Shown: positions 35,146-45,541, counted from the stretch's first letter. The stretch is 54,435 nucleotides of DNA from a virus (IMGVR_UViG_3300048577_000441:1-54435); one strand, 5' to 3'. Notes: generated by a model from the letters alone, not told the origin. Translations and numbers: made by a program.

Positions 35146-38100
35146 TGGTTCGCACATGACGCCCCCCAAGGGCGCCGGCGCCGCCGTCATCCTGGCCCCG
35201 GAACCGTTCGCCCCCCGTGTCGAGCGGCTGGAGGCCTGCGAGGGCCAGAGCGTGGCCCAGATCCTGACGGCGGCCGTGCGCGCCGGCCTGCTGGACCCGC
35301 AGGACCTGTCGCGGACGGTGGTGTTCCTGGACGGGGTCGAGATCGAGGACCGGACCCTGGCCCTGGACGTGGTCCCAAGACCCGGCCAGATCGTCAATAT
35401 CGCGGTGCTGCCGCAGGGCGGGGGCAAGGGCAAGGGCAACAAGGTCCTACAGACGGTCCTGACCATCGCCATCATCGCGGTGAGCTTCTGGATCGGCGGC
35501 CCCGCCGGCCCGCTGGCGGCCATGGGCAATGGTTTCACCAATGTCCTGATCCGCACGGCGGCGGCTGCGGCGGTGGCCACCGCCGGCCAGGCCCTGACCA
35601 ACAGCCTGTTTGGGCCGAAGGCGGGCAAGGCCGACCTGGAGCGGCAGGCCCGTTACAGCCTGCAGGGCCAGCAGAACCAGCTTCGCCGGGGGCGGATGAT
35701 GCCCCTGGTGCTGGGCCGCAGGCGGGTGTGGTTCGACGTGGCGTCCAGCGCCTACACCCAGACCGAGGGCGAGGACGTCTATCTGCACGTCGTCTATGGC
35801 CTGCACTACGGCAAGTGCGCCCTGGACCTGGCGACCCTGAAGCTGGGGGAGACCCTGGTCTCCAGCCTGCCTGAAGGGGTGGTGGCCTATGAGCTGGCCC
35901 TGACGCCTGGCCCGCGCAACTTCACCCTCTATCCGATGCGGGTGGTGGAGGAGGCCTATACGGACGAGCTGACCGGGACCCCGGATGAGTACGTGGTCCA
36001 CACCACGGCCGAGGACACCGAGAAGGTTCAGATCGACGTCAGCTGGCCGGGCGGCCTGAACTACGTCAACGAAAAGGGCGCGACGCTCGCCTTCGACGCC
36101 CACCTGCATGTGCGCTATCGCGCCGTGGGTGACACCGAGTGGATCAACGCTCCCCTGGGCGCGGTGAGCGGGCCCTCCGGGCCGCTGCTGGAGGGGTCGA
36201 TCTACGTCAAGACGATGACCAAGGACGCCCTGACCGTCACCCGTGAGTGGACGGTGGCCAAGGGCCAGTACGAGGTCGCGGTGAAGAAGGTGGGCCCTCA
36301 GCCCACCCTGGACGGGACGCTGACCAACACCGTCTTCTGGGCGGCCATGCGGTCGGTGGAGAACCGCAAGCCGGTGATCGACGAGACGCTGGCCTGCATC
36401 GCCATGAAGGTGAAGGCCACCTCCACCATCAATGGACAGCTGCCGCAGGTGTCGGGCGTGGTGACGCCGATCTGTCCGATCTATGCCGATGGCGACTGGG
36501 AGACCGAGGACGAGACCTCCAACCCGGCGGCGCTGGCGCGCTGGCTGGTGACCGGGCCGGCGGCGGCCAAGCCCATGAGCGCAGGCCAGATCGACGCCAG
36601 CTGCGCGGTCGCCTACGACCTGATCACCGAGCGCGAGTGGGAGGCCAGCGTCCTGGTGGGCGACGACGCCAGCCAGGAAGACGTCCTGCTGCGCCTGGGT
36701 CGCGCCGGGCGGTTCGCCACCTATTACAACGGCTCGAAGCTGTGCTTTGTCACCGACTGGGAAAAGCCCTTCCCCCGGCAGATGTTCACGGGCCGGAACG
36801 TCAAGGGCTACCGCTATCGCCGGGCCTTCCCCGACCCGGTGCATGCGGTGCGGGTGCAGTTCGAGAACCTGGACAGCGACAGCCGCGCCGACGAGCTGGT
36901 GGTGTTCAACGACGGCTACAGCGCCGCCAACGCCGACCTCTATGAGACGCTGGACCTGCGCATGGCCTGCACGCCGGCGCGCGCCTATCGGGAGGGCCGC
37001 GTCTATCTGGCCAAGGCCAAGCTGCATGTGGAAGGCCACGAGTGGACCTCTGGCCTGGACGGGGTGGCCTCGACCTTCGGCGACCGGGTGCGGGTGCGCC
37101 ATCCCAGCGCCCTCTACGGCGCCGCCGAAGGGCGGGTGACCTTCCGCCGGTGGTCCGGCGCCCTGGTGGCCGGGGTGCGGCTCGACGAGGCGGTGACTTT
37201 CGAGGCGGGCCTGGACTACGCCATGGACGTGCGCCGCCCCGACGGGGTGCTGCTGGACTTGGCGATCGTCAATCCGGGGACGACGACGCGGGACATCGTG
37301 TTCGCCGCGCCTCTGGCGGCCGATGAGGCGCCGGGCAAGGGCGACCTGGTGGCCGTCGGCGTGGCCGAACAGGTCACCGAGGACCTGGAGATCATCGACA
37401 TCACGCCGACGGCGTCGGGGGAGGTGCAGTTCGCCGCCCGGGCCTATCGGGCCGCCGACATCATGGCGGCAGAGACCGGCGAGATTCCGGCCCTGCAGAC
37501 GACCCTGAGCGCCAAGGTCGGCGCCCCGCGACCCCGTATCCGGGGGGCCAAGGGCTCCCCCGACGGCGTGGTGGTCTATTTCGAGATCGCAGGGCAAAGG
37601 ACCAGCCCGGTGCAGGGCTTCACCGCCCGCTGGCGCTTCACGCCGGGCACGGGGGAGGACTCCAACTGGCGGGACCTGGCCGCGCTGGGCGCAGGCGTGC
37701 GGGAGGTGCGCACCCCGCCGATCACCGAGGCGGCCTTTGATCCCGATGGGGAGTTCGAGGGCCTGCGGGTGGATGTGGAGATCCGCTCGGTCCTGGAGAA
37801 TGGCGACGTCTCAGAGCCGGGGTCGGCCTCAGGCATCCTGATCACCCGCGACGTGCCGGCGGTGGACAATTTCTCGGTGATCGGGGTGATCCGCGCCGCG
37901 CCGGACGGCTCGTCCTATCCGGTGGCGCAGATCTATGCCGACGCCCGCGAAGCCGGCCAGGTGCAGGACCTGACCGTGCAGTTCCGCAAATCGACCGGCG
38001 GCGACTGGGCCGCGGCGGTGGTGCTGCCGGCGCACGCGCCGCGGGGGGACTTCCCCGGCGTGCTCGGCGGCGAAACCTACGACTTCCGCGCCCGGTGGCG

Positions 38101-39466
38101 GGCGACAGACGGCTGGGTCGGCGCCTGGGCCTATGAGAACGATGTCAGCGTGCCGGGGGAGGGGTTCGTCTCCTTCGCCGTGGCCCTGATCGACGGCAAG
38201 ACGCCGGCGGAGCTGCTGGCCGAGGTGGCCGCCCTGGAGGCCATGGGGCGAAAGGCCAGTCAGGCGGCCTTGCGGCTGGCCCTGGAGACGGTGTCCGAGC
38301 GCCGCAACCTACTGCCGCGGGTGTTCCTGGACGGTGAGCCCATCGTCACGGTGGTGCGGCGGGAGGTGGCCGAACGGATCGAGGGCGACACGGCCATCGT
38401 GGAGGTGCTCGACCTGATCGGCGCCAAGACGCCGGATGGGACCGCCTTCATCCTGGACGAGGCGACTGTGAAGGTGTCGCCGACCGAGAGCCTGGCCGAG
38501 CGGTTCTCGACCCTGTCGGCGGCCACCGCCTCGGCCGCGGCCCTGATTGCGACCGAGGCCACGGCGCGGGCCACGGCGGACGAGGCCCTGGCCCAGACGC
38601 TGAGCCTGCTGGGGGTGGAAACCGGCGGCGGGACCGCCTTCCTGCTGGACTCCGCCAGCGTGAAGGTCTCGCCGACCGAGACGCTGGGCCAGCGCCTGAC
38701 CAGCCTACAGGCCCTGTCCGACGGGAACGCCGCGGCGATCACCGCAGAACAGGTGGTGCGGGCCACGCAGGACAGCGCACTGGCCTCGTCCCTGAGCACC
38801 CTGTCGGCGACCGTGGGGGACCAGTCGTCGTCCATCTCGGTGCTGCAAAGCGTGACCTCCGACCTGGGCTCGCTCTGGACCCTGGCCCTGGTCTCCGGGA
38901 ACAAGGTGGCGGGCATCCGGGCCTATAACAGCGGGGTGCTGAGCTCGATCGTGTTCATGGCCGATCAGATCGGCTTTTCGGACGGGACCTCGAACCTGTT
39001 TCCCCTGGCGGTGGTCGGCGGGATCGTCCGGGCGACGAACCTGGAGGTGGACCGGGTCAAGGCCAACTCCATCGTCACCGAGAGCATCCAGGGCGGGGCG
39101 GTGTCGAAGATGTCGCTCTATGTCGCCTATACGGGCGCAGACCTGGCGACCGAGACGACGGTGCATGCCTTCTACTTCACCTGCTCGGGCGGCAAGCTGC
39201 TGCTGAATGTCTCGGCGACCTATACCCAGTACAACGCCAGCACGGTGGGGATGCGGGCGCGGATCTATCGTGACGGATCGCCGATCTACGACGGGACCTG
39301 GCCCATCGAAGGTCCTTTCGCCGCTACCGAGCCGTTCTTCCAGTACGACGATCCCGGCCCCGGGACCTTCCTCTACACGGTGACGATGAACACGCTCACG
39401 GGCATCAACAATGTGATCAGTGGGTCCTGCCTGGCCGTCGTCACCGAACTCAAGAAGGCGGCCTGA
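35138..39466 (+). CDS. Host-specificity / tail tip protein (gpI-gpJ-like fusion)
   Basis: ~1440 aa; ubiquitin-like N-terminus, 'TSNPA', FN3-like region, coiled-coil repeats, 'FMADQIGF'. Confidence 0.88.
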   Translation: MPDGSHMTPPKGAGAAVILAPEPFAPRVERLEACEGQSVAQILTAAVRAGLLDPQDLSRTVVFLDGVEIEDRTLALDVVPRPGQIVNIAVLPQGGGKGKGNKVLQTVLTIAIIAVSFWIGGPAGPLAAMGNGFTNVLIRTAAAAAVATAGQALTNSLFGPKAGKADLERQARYSLQGQQNQLRRGRMMPLVLGRRRVWFDVASSAYTQTEGEDVYLHVVYGLHYGKCALDLATLKLGETLVSSLPEGVVAYELALTPGPRNFTLYPMRVVEEAYTDELTGTPDEYVVHTTAEDTEKVQIDVSWPGGLNYVNEKGATLAFDAHLHVRYRAVGDTEWINAPLGAVSGPSGPLLEGSIYVKTMTKDALTVTREWTVAKGQYEVAVKKVGPQPTLDGTLTNTVFWAAMRSVENRKPVIDETLACIAMKVKATSTINGQLPQVSGVVTPICPIYADGDWETEDETSNPAALARWLVTGPAAAKPMSAGQIDASCAVAYDLITEREWEASVLVGDDASQEDVLLRLGRAGRFATYYNGSKLCFVTDWEKPFPRQMFTGRNVKGYRYRRAFPDPVHAVRVQFENLDSDSRADELVVFNDGYSAANADLYETLDLRMACTPARAYREGRVYLAKAKLHVEGHEWTSGLDGVASTFGDRVRVRHPSALYGAAEGRVTFRRWSGALVAGVRLDEAVTFEAGLDYAMDVRRPDGVLLDLAIVNPGTTTRDIVFAAPLAADEAPGKGDLVAVGVAEQVTEDLEIIDITPTASGEVQFAARAYRAADIMAAETGEIPALQTTLSAKVGAPRPRIRGAKGSPDGVVVYFEIAGQRTSPVQGFTARWRFTPGTGEDSNWRDLAALGAGVREVRTPPITEAAFDPDGEFEGLRVDVEIRSVLENGDVSEPGSASGILITRDVPAVDNFSVIGVIRAAPDGSSYPVAQIYADAREAGQVQDLTVQFRKSTGGDWAAAVVLPAHAPRGDFPGVLGGETYDFRARWRATDGWVGAWAYENDVSVPGEGFVSFAVALIDGKTPAELLAEVAALEAMGRKASQAALRLALETVSERRNLLPRVFLDGEPIVTVVRREVAERIEGDTAIVEVLDLIGAKTPDGTAFILDEATVKVSPTESLAERFSTLSAATASAAALIATEATARATADEALAQTLSLLGVETGGGTAFLLDSASVKVSPTETLGQRLTSLQALSDGNAAAITAEQVVRATQDSALASSLSTLSATVGDQSSSISVLQSVTSDLGSLWTLALVSGNKVAGIRAYNSGVLSSIVFMADQIGFSDGTSNLFPLAVVGGIVRATNLEVDRVKANSIVTESIQGGAVSKMSLYVAYTGADLATETTVHAFYFTCSGGKLLLNVSATYTQYNASTVGMRARIYRDGSPIYDGTWPIEGPFAATEPFFQYDDPGPGTFLYTVTMNTLTGINNVISGSCLAVVTELKKAA

Positions 39467-39681
39467 TGCAAGCGGTGGTCTATCATCCAGCTGCGCCGAA
39501 CAACGGCGTCACGCACTTCTTCCAGGCCGAAGAGGCCGACGTGCTGCTGAACCTGGCCATCGCTGCGGAAGGCTCGGAGACCCGCATCCTGGACGGCACG
39601 CCCTTCGCGGGCGTCAGCGATCCCAAGACCCTGCCGCCCTTGGCGGCCCTGGACGCCGCCATCGCCGCGGCGGCCGACTGA
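39466..39681 (+). CDS. Hypothetical phage protein
   Basis: TGATG coupling to J. Confidence 0.65.
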   Translation: MQAVVYHPAAPNNGVTHFFQAEEADVLLNLAIAAEGSETRILDGTPFAGVSDPKTLPPLAALDAAIAAAAD

Positions 39682-39697
39682 CCCACAGGAGAGACCG

Positions 39698-40027
39698 ATG
39701 ACCGACCCCACGCCCGGCGCGCCTGCGCCGGCGGCGGACCTGCGCGCCCAAATGGCGCAGGCCGAAGCCCAGATGCGCCAGGCCGCCGCGGCGGCCGCCC
39801 AGGCCGACAAGCCCCACCTGCTGGCTGTGCGAGACGCCCTGCAGGGGGAGGCCGTCGCCGCCCTGCTGGAGACTCTGTCCAGCGCCCGCGACGGCCTGAC
39901 CGACGAGCCCACGCGCCAGCAGCTGTGGAACATCCTGGCGGTGGTGCGCTCGGGCCGCGCCGCCGTGCTCAATGGGCTGGCCCGCGCCGAGCAGGCCATT
40001 CTCGCCGTTGAAGGGCCCGACCAGTGA
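39698..40027 (+). CDS. Hypothetical phage protein
   Basis: AGGAG RBS. Confidence 0.65.
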   Translation: MTDPTPGAPAPAADLRAQMAQAEAQMRQAAAAAAQADKPHLLAVRDALQGEAVAALLETLSSARDGLTDEPTRQQLWNILAVVRSGRAAVLNGLARAEQAILAVEGPDQ

Positions 40028-40257
40028 GCGGCGCCGCCGCGACGCCGGCGGAGGCCAAGCCCTCGCCCATCGACCTGCGCGAGCGCGAGCTGGGCCTGGA
40101 ACACGGCCGCCTGCTGCAACAGGCCTGGGGGGTCGAGCGGCAACTGGAGGAGCTGACCCAGAGCCGGGAGATCCTGCGCCACCGGCTCCGCGCCATCGAC
40201 GCCGAGCTTGAGGGCCTGCGGTTCGCCCGCGCTTCGGCGGCCAAGCGGGAGCGTTAG
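40024..40257 (+). CDS. Hypothetical coiled-coil protein
   Basis: GTGA overlap with the upstream stop. Confidence 0.6.
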   Translation: MSGAAATPAEAKPSPIDLRERELGLEHGRLLQQAWGVERQLEELTQSREILRHRLRAIDAELEGLRFARASAAKRER

Positions 40258-40260
40258 ACC

Positions 40261-41928
40261 ATGGCGCTCACGACCGCCCAGTTCGCCGAGGACGTCGCCG
40301 CCCTGCTGGTGGCCCAGGGCGTGGCCCTGGACGACGCCACGGCCTTCGCCACCACCTTCGCCACCAAGCTGACCGGCTGGCTCGGGGGCGAGGACGCCAT
40401 CCCCGCCGATCTGGCCCAGCGGCTGACCGCGCTGATCTCGCTTTGGCACGCCGAGATGATGCAGTGGATCGACTGGTGGGCGGGCACGACCACGGGCGGA
40501 CCGAACGAGGACGGGCTCTATCCCATCGTCAACCCGTCCGATCCGGATGGCGACCCGCTGCTGATCCCCTGCCTGGCCAAGATCCAGGAGAGCATGGAGC
40601 GAGGCGACCCGGCCGGGGTGAGCTTCACCTTCGCCGCCAGCACCGCAGACGGGGACCCGGGCGCGGGCAAGCTGCGCCTGAACCACGCCACGCCGGCCTC
40701 GGCGTCCTTCGCCTATATCGACCTGACCGAGGTGGGCGGCGCCGACATCACCGCCTGGCTGGACTCCTTTGACGCCTCGACCTCCACGGCCAAGGGGCAG
40801 CTCTACCTCCAGGAGTTCGGCGCGCCGATCATGGCCATCTACCGGGTGACCGGGGCGGTGGTTGACGCGACCGGCTATCGCAAGCTGCCCCTGGCCCACA
40901 TCGCCAGCACCGGGTCCTTTACGGCCGACGCCAAGGTCTCGGTGGTGTTCGTGCCCAAGGGCGACATGGGGCAGGGGGATGTAGACGGACCGACCGGCGC
41001 TACGGACGGCCATGCGGCGGTGTTCGACGGGACGACGGGCAAGGCGATCCGCTCGGCCGGCTTCGCCCCGGAGAACGCCGCCCTGAAGGGCGTGGCCGGC
41101 GGCTATGCGGGGCTGGATGGCGGCGGCAAGGTTCCGGCCGCGCAGCTGCCCTCGGCGGTGCTGGGCGGGCTCAACTATCAGGGCGCCTGGGATGCGGCCG
41201 CCAACAGTCCGACCCTGCCGGCGGCGTCGTCGGCCAACAAGGGCTGGTTCTACAAGGTGGCAACGGCCGGGACCACGAACCTGGACGGGATCACCGACTG
41301 GCAGGTGGGCGACTGGGCGGTGTCCAGCGGGACGGCCTGGGAGAAGGTGGATAACACCGACCAGGTGTCATCGGTGGTCGGGCTGACCGGGGCGATCACC
41401 GGCGAGGCCCTGAAGGCCGCCATGGCCCTGGCCAAGGCCGATGTGGGCCTGGAGAACGTCGACAACACCGCCGACGCCGACAAGCCGATCTCCACCGCCA
41501 CCCAGACCGCCCTGGACGCCCTGGGCGTGCTCTACCTGGCCTCGGTGGGCCTGACGCTGAGCCTCACGGAGTTCGAGGTGGCCTATGGCTCCCGCGTGCT
41601 CTCCGAAGACGACGCGAACAAGCTGCTGTTCTTCACCAATGACGAGCTGGCCATCTGTTACGTGGACAGCCTGCCGGAGAACTTCGTCTGCGGCGTCCTG
41701 ATGGCCGGCGAGGCGCCCGTGCAGGTGCGCCCGGGGCTTGAGCGCGCCGAGGCGCCGGGCGGGCTGCTGGCCATAACCCAGCGCTACCGGTTCGGCGTGA
41801 TCCGCCGGCTGACCTCCACCCTCTCGGTCTTCCACGGCGGTGACGCCGTCCTGCCCAGCGGCGGGATCGACCGCGCCCTGTTCGACGACCCCGCCGCCAG
41901 CGGGCTCGCCGCGCTTCTCCTCCTCTGA
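40261..41928 (+). CDS. Tail fibre-like protein
   Basis: Mosaic fibre motifs 'AVFDGTTGKAI', 'AGLDGGGKVP', 'YQGAWDA..NSPTL', 'KADVGLENVDNTADADKPIS'. Confidence 0.75.
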   Translation: MALTTAQFAEDVAALLVAQGVALDDATAFATTFATKLTGWLGGEDAIPADLAQRLTALISLWHAEMMQWIDWWAGTTTGGPNEDGLYPIVNPSDPDGDPLLIPCLAKIQESMERGDPAGVSFTFAASTADGDPGAGKLRLNHATPASASFAYIDLTEVGGADITAWLDSFDASTSTAKGQLYLQEFGAPIMAIYRVTGAVVDATGYRKLPLAHIASTGSFTADAKVSVVFVPKGDMGQGDVDGPTGATDGHAAVFDGTTGKAIRSAGFAPENAALKGVAGGYAGLDGGGKVPAAQLPSAVLGGLNYQGAWDAAANSPTLPAASSANKGWFYKVATAGTTNLDGITDWQVGDWAVSSGTAWEKVDNTDQVSSVVGLTGAITGEALKAAMALAKADVGLENVDNTADADKPISTATQTALDALGVLYLASVGLTLSLTEFEVAYGSRVLSEDDANKLLFFTNDELAICYVDSLPENFVCGVLMAGEAPVQVRPGLERAEAPGGLLAITQRYRFGVIRRLTSTLSVFHGGDAVLPSGGIDRALFDDPAASGLAALLLL

Positions 41929-41940
41929 AGGATCTTCCAC

Positions 41941-42534
41941 ATGGCTGACAGCAGCATCACTATGCGTTCTTCGCCGGGCGACGCAGTCGCGGTGGCCGCC
42001 AACTCCGGTGTCGGCGGGGTCAAGCGCCCGGTCCACCACAGCGAGGTGGTAACGATCACCTCGGCGACGAAGACGAGGCCGAACAACGCCACACCCTATG
42101 ACGCAGGGGACCTATACGGCGCGGCGACCGATGTGGTTTTCGACTTCGACCTGGCCGCCAAGGGCCTGCAGGGCGGCGGCTTGATCATCGCCGCTCGGCT
42201 GCTGCGCAAATCGACGGCCTCCAGCAGCGTGCGCTTCCGGGCCTTCGTCCATGACGCCGACCTGGTCACCCTGACCGATGCGGACAACGCCCAGCATCCG
42301 CTGCTGTGGGCCAATGCGCCATCGCGCTGCGGCTGGATCGACTTCTCCGGCCCGATCACCGGCGACGCGGCCTCCGGCAACGACATGCTGGACTATCAGG
42401 GCCTGCTGTCGGCGGTGCAGGGGATCGGCGTGTCGCCCGCGGACCACGCCCTGAGGGTGGTGCTGACGTGCCGGGACGCCTGGACGCCCATCGCCCAAGA
42501 AGAAGTGGCTCTGCAGCTCAAGCTGATCTGCTGA
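41941..42534 (+). CDS. Hypothetical virion-associated beta protein
   Basis: Shares a domain with the next gene (TRP.N.TPY...AARL.R...VRFRA...GWIDF). Confidence 0.7.
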   Translation: MADSSITMRSSPGDAVAVAANSGVGGVKRPVHHSEVVTITSATKTRPNNATPYDAGDLYGAATDVVFDFDLAAKGLQGGGLIIAARLLRKSTASSSVRFRAFVHDADLVTLTDADNAQHPLLWANAPSRCGWIDFSGPITGDAASGNDMLDYQGLLSAVQGIGVSPADHALRVVLTCRDAWTPIAQEEVALQLKLIC

Positions 42535-42585
42535 GCCGCGGCGCCCCCGCCGACCCCCTAAAACCCGAACTTGAGGAGAGCCCGC

Positions 42586-43425
42586 ATGGCAAAGGTGCGG
42601 ATCGAATATGTGCGCCTGCGGCGCGGCGGCGACGTTAGCGACGACCCCGACGGTGGGGTGCTGGCCCTGGTGCTGGGCGGCGGCGAGACGCTGACCGTCG
42701 GTGGTTCCAGCGTCCAGTCCGCCGCGGTCCCGGACTTCGGCCCCGACCGCGGCTGGACCGATGCGGTGCATGCCCGGGTGACGGCTCTGGACCGCCCGGT
42801 GGTGATCGAGTGGGGCGAGAACCCTGAGGCCGACGAGGCCGGCGGGGCCCGCGTCGAACCCGGCGCGCCCGTCTATGTGGCGGTGGAGTCTGGACACAAG
42901 ATTGCGGCGATCGCCGCCAGCCACGGTGTCGGGCAGATGGCCCGGTCGGGTATCCTGACCCTGCAGGCGGAGATCACCCGCCCCGCGAACCAGACGCCGT
43001 ACAACGGCCACGACGCGTTGGCCGGAGACGCCTGGCTGTCCGGCTTCGACCTGTCGCCTATCGGCGGGGCGGGGCTGCTGCTGGCCGCGCGGCTGATCCG
43101 CAGCACCACGAGCAACAGCGCGGTGCGTTTCCGGGCCTATGTCTATGACGCCGCCGTGGCCTCGCCGCCGGCAGATAACGCCGCCTTCAGCCTGACCTAT
43201 GCGGAGCGTGCCAAGCGCCGGGGCTGGATCGACTTTACCTCGCCGCTGTCCAGCGCCGGGGCAAGCGCCGACTGCCTGGAGATCCCGGGCGTGCTGTCGA
43301 ACAGCCAGGGCCTTCCGGTCGCCCCCATCGACGGGATCGCGCGGCTGGGCCTCGTGACCCTGGACGGCTACACGCCCGCTCAGAACAGCGACAAGTTCAC
43401 CCTCGAAACCGATTGGGTGGCGTGA
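42586..43425 (+). CDS. Hypothetical virion-associated protein; C-terminal domain paralogous to 41941..42534
   Basis: GAGGAG RBS; shared motifs. Confidence 0.7.
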   Translation: MAKVRIEYVRLRRGGDVSDDPDGGVLALVLGGGETLTVGGSSVQSAAVPDFGPDRGWTDAVHARVTALDRPVVIEWGENPEADEAGGARVEPGAPVYVAVESGHKIAAIAASHGVGQMARSGILTLQAEITRPANQTPYNGHDALAGDAWLSGFDLSPIGGAGLLLAARLIRSTTSNSAVRFRAYVYDAAVASPPADNAAFSLTYAERAKRRGWIDFTSPLSSAGASADCLEIPGVLSNSQGLPVAPIDGIARLGLVTLDGYTPAQNSDKFTLETDWVA

Positions 43426-44663
43426 TGGCGATTACAGGAGCCCTCGCGGCCGCCGCCCGCGTCTTCGATCCCTATCCCGAGGCGATCCTTGCGCTGGACT
43501 TCGCCGGCGTGCGGACCGGCGGCCGGCAGTGGCACAAACGCGACGGAATTATCGTGCCGCGCTTTGAGATGCTGCGCGGGGCGTCCAGCGTCGGCCACGC
43601 GGGGTTCGGGCGGGCTGAGGTCAACGGGGCTTGGAGGGCCTTCGCGCCTGACGCCCCCCTGATCGGTTCCGGTGGGCTGCTGGCCCCTGAGTTGAAGACC
43701 GAGATTGTCGGGCTTTCGTGTCGGCCAGCGGATGCGGGGTGGTCCAGGGTCGGCTCCGTCGGTGCAAAGACGGCGGGACCTACATACAAGGGCATTTTTC
43801 AATCTGCTCGGATGGCATCTGGGGGCGCGACGTGGCACCGCTTGACGCCGCCAGCTTCGGCATTCCTGGCAGTCACCTCTGGGCAGCTTTATACCGTAAT
43901 CGCTCGCTATCGTGCAGGCACCAGCGGGCGTGTAGTGATCGCACTTCCGAATAGTGCAGGTACAAACATCAGCATCGCGCGCGGGGCTATTGGTGGCGTT
44001 GCGGTGAATGCACAAGATGCCGGCCCCTTGACCCTCATTGAAACGGAGGCCGAGGGCGACGGTGTTATTCGCACGGTCTTAGCCTGGACGCCCAACTTTA
44101 CCGGCCTGACCGTTAGTAGCGGCATTGGACCAGACAGCACCGTTGTTGGCGAAGATGTCGAAGTCCTTGGCCTCTCGATCCAGGCCGGGGCCTATGTCGG
44201 CAATCCGCCCATCGACAACGGGAACCTCGCCGCCACACGGACGGCGGTCGCTCAGAGTGTGGGTGGGCTGGTGTTGCCGAGCGGCGATTTCGATATTGAG
44301 CAGACGCTTGTAACTGGTCCGGCAGGAACCTCTAGGCGGTATTTTGAATACCACAACGCTACGGACGACGAGCGGATTCTCATAAGACAGGCGACCAATG
44401 ACACCTTGATTGCTTCCTTGGTCATTGGGGGGAGCGTCACCAATATTGGCTCTGCATCGAGCGCGCTAGCGTCCAACACAGAAGTCCACGCGGAAATTCA
44501 AAGGCGTGGGAGCGATTGGCGGTTCGCTGTCAATGAAGCGCAAGTTGGAGCCGATACCGCTGCTGGGATGCCTGCGGTCAACGCCGTTATTTTTGGCCAA
44601 CGGCGCGTCGGCGCGGAGTTCGCAAACAGCACAATCTCTCGCCACCTTGTGAGGGCCGCATGA
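43425..44663 (+). CDS. Putative fibre/head-spike protein with lectin (LamG-like) domains
   Basis: 'LALDFA' N-terminus, beta-rich; distal two-thirds markedly AT-richer. Confidence 0.6.
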   Translation: MAITGALAAAARVFDPYPEAILALDFAGVRTGGRQWHKRDGIIVPRFEMLRGASSVGHAGFGRAEVNGAWRAFAPDAPLIGSGGLLAPELKTEIVGLSCRPADAGWSRVGSVGAKTAGPTYKGIFQSARMASGGATWHRLTPPASAFLAVTSGQLYTVIARYRAGTSGRVVIALPNSAGTNISIARGAIGGVAVNAQDAGPLTLIETEAEGDGVIRTVLAWTPNFTGLTVSSGIGPDSTVVGEDVEVLGLSIQAGAYVGNPPIDNGNLAATRTAVAQSVGGLVLPSGDFDIEQTLVTGPAGTSRRYFEYHNATDDERILIRQATNDTLIASLVIGGSVTNIGSASSALASNTEVHAEIQRRGSDWRFAVNEAQVGADTAAGMPAVNAVIFGQRRVGAEFANSTISRHLVRAA

Positions 44664-44986
44664 CCTTGCGCCTCAACCCCACCTGCGCCGTCCGCCTCGA
44701 TCCGGTCTATGAGTACGGCCCCGAGCTGATCAACGAAGAGACCGGCGAGACCTATCGCGAGATCACCGGGATCAAGCCGGGCGTGCATATCGACATGCAC
44801 CCCCGGACCATCGAGACGCATCCGGCCCTGGCCTGGGCTTTCATCGCCCCCGACCATCCGGTGCATGACCCCGGCGGCAACGTGCGAACCTGGGCGGCGA
44901 CGGAGGAGGCCTATCTGGCCGCCGCCCCGCTCACGAGCGCGCTGTTCGACCTACAAGCCCCAGAGCCCCCCGATGGCGAGATCTAG
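44660..44986 (+). CDS. Hypothetical phage protein (possible fibre chaperone)
   Basis: ATGA overlap; high-GC3 codons. Confidence 0.6.
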   Translation: MTLRLNPTCAVRLDPVYEYGPELINEETGETYREITGIKPGVHIDMHPRTIETHPALAWAFIAPDHPVHDPGGNVRTWAATEEAYLAAAPLTSALFDLQAPEPPDGEI

Positions 44987-45338
44987 GACCCCGCCGGAGG
45001 ACCGGGCGGCCATGGCCCTGGTCAACCGGATCAACCGGGCCGTGAACCGCGAGAAGCGATACGGCGCGACCCATCCGGCCGACACGAGCGATGGCGTCTG
45101 GGACTGTGAAAACTATGCCGCCCTGAAGCGCGACCGGCTGGCCGCCGCAGGCTTTCCCGGACGCCTGACGACGTACTATTGCACCACGTCCAGAGGCGAG
45201 CGCCACGCGGTGCTGGTGGCGACGCTGCCGAGCGGTCAGGCCGTCGTGCTGGACAACATGACCCCTTGGGCCTTGCCGCGAGAGCAGACCGGCCACCGAG
45301 AATGGAATCAGGCCTACATCCCGCGGCAGGTGGTCTAG
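44973..45338 (+). CDS. Transglutaminase-like cysteine peptidase (BTLCP/C93)
   Basis: 'VNRINRAVN...DCENYAALKR...HAVLV...VLDN' Cys-His-Asp triad. Confidence 0.8.
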   Translation: MARSRTPPEDRAAMALVNRINRAVNREKRYGATHPADTSDGVWDCENYAALKRDRLAAAGFPGRLTTYYCTTSRGERHAVLVATLPSGQAVVLDNMTPWALPREQTGHREWNQAYIPRQVV

Positions 45339-45541
45339 GCGCCCGCCTCGGTGAGGCGGGCCACCTGGACCCCGCGCGGGTCGTCGGCGTCCACCAGGCA
45401 CGCCCAGCCGGGCGGGCTTAGCCAGGCGGTGTCGATGATCACGTCGTCGACGTGGGCACTGAAGTCCAGCGCGCTCGGCATGACCACCTGCAGGGTCGGA
45501 TCAAGCTGGCACAAACGGCGGATGAGTTCGGCGACCGTCAT
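45335..45541 (-). CDS. Hypothetical protein
   Basis: 'MTVAELIRRL..LDP.L.V' small-protein start; GGGAG RBS. Confidence 0.6.
   Translation of the reverse strand: MTVAELIRRLCQLDPTLQVVMPSALDFSAHVDDVIIDTAWLSPPGWACLVDADDPRGVQVARLTEAGA

Noticed and set aside
31292-37597. Long antisense ORFs (e.g. 31292..33526, 35447..37597; also 10610..12019, 22072..23955, 39373..41013)
   Set aside because: Shadow frames of real high-GC genes, with low-complexity translations and no motifs
35138-44663. Diversity-generating retroelement or invertible tail-fibre cassette
   Set aside because: No reverse transcriptase or invertase, and no adenine-specific TR/VR pair was seen. The repeats in J (~38380-38770) are ordinary coiled-coil protein repeats
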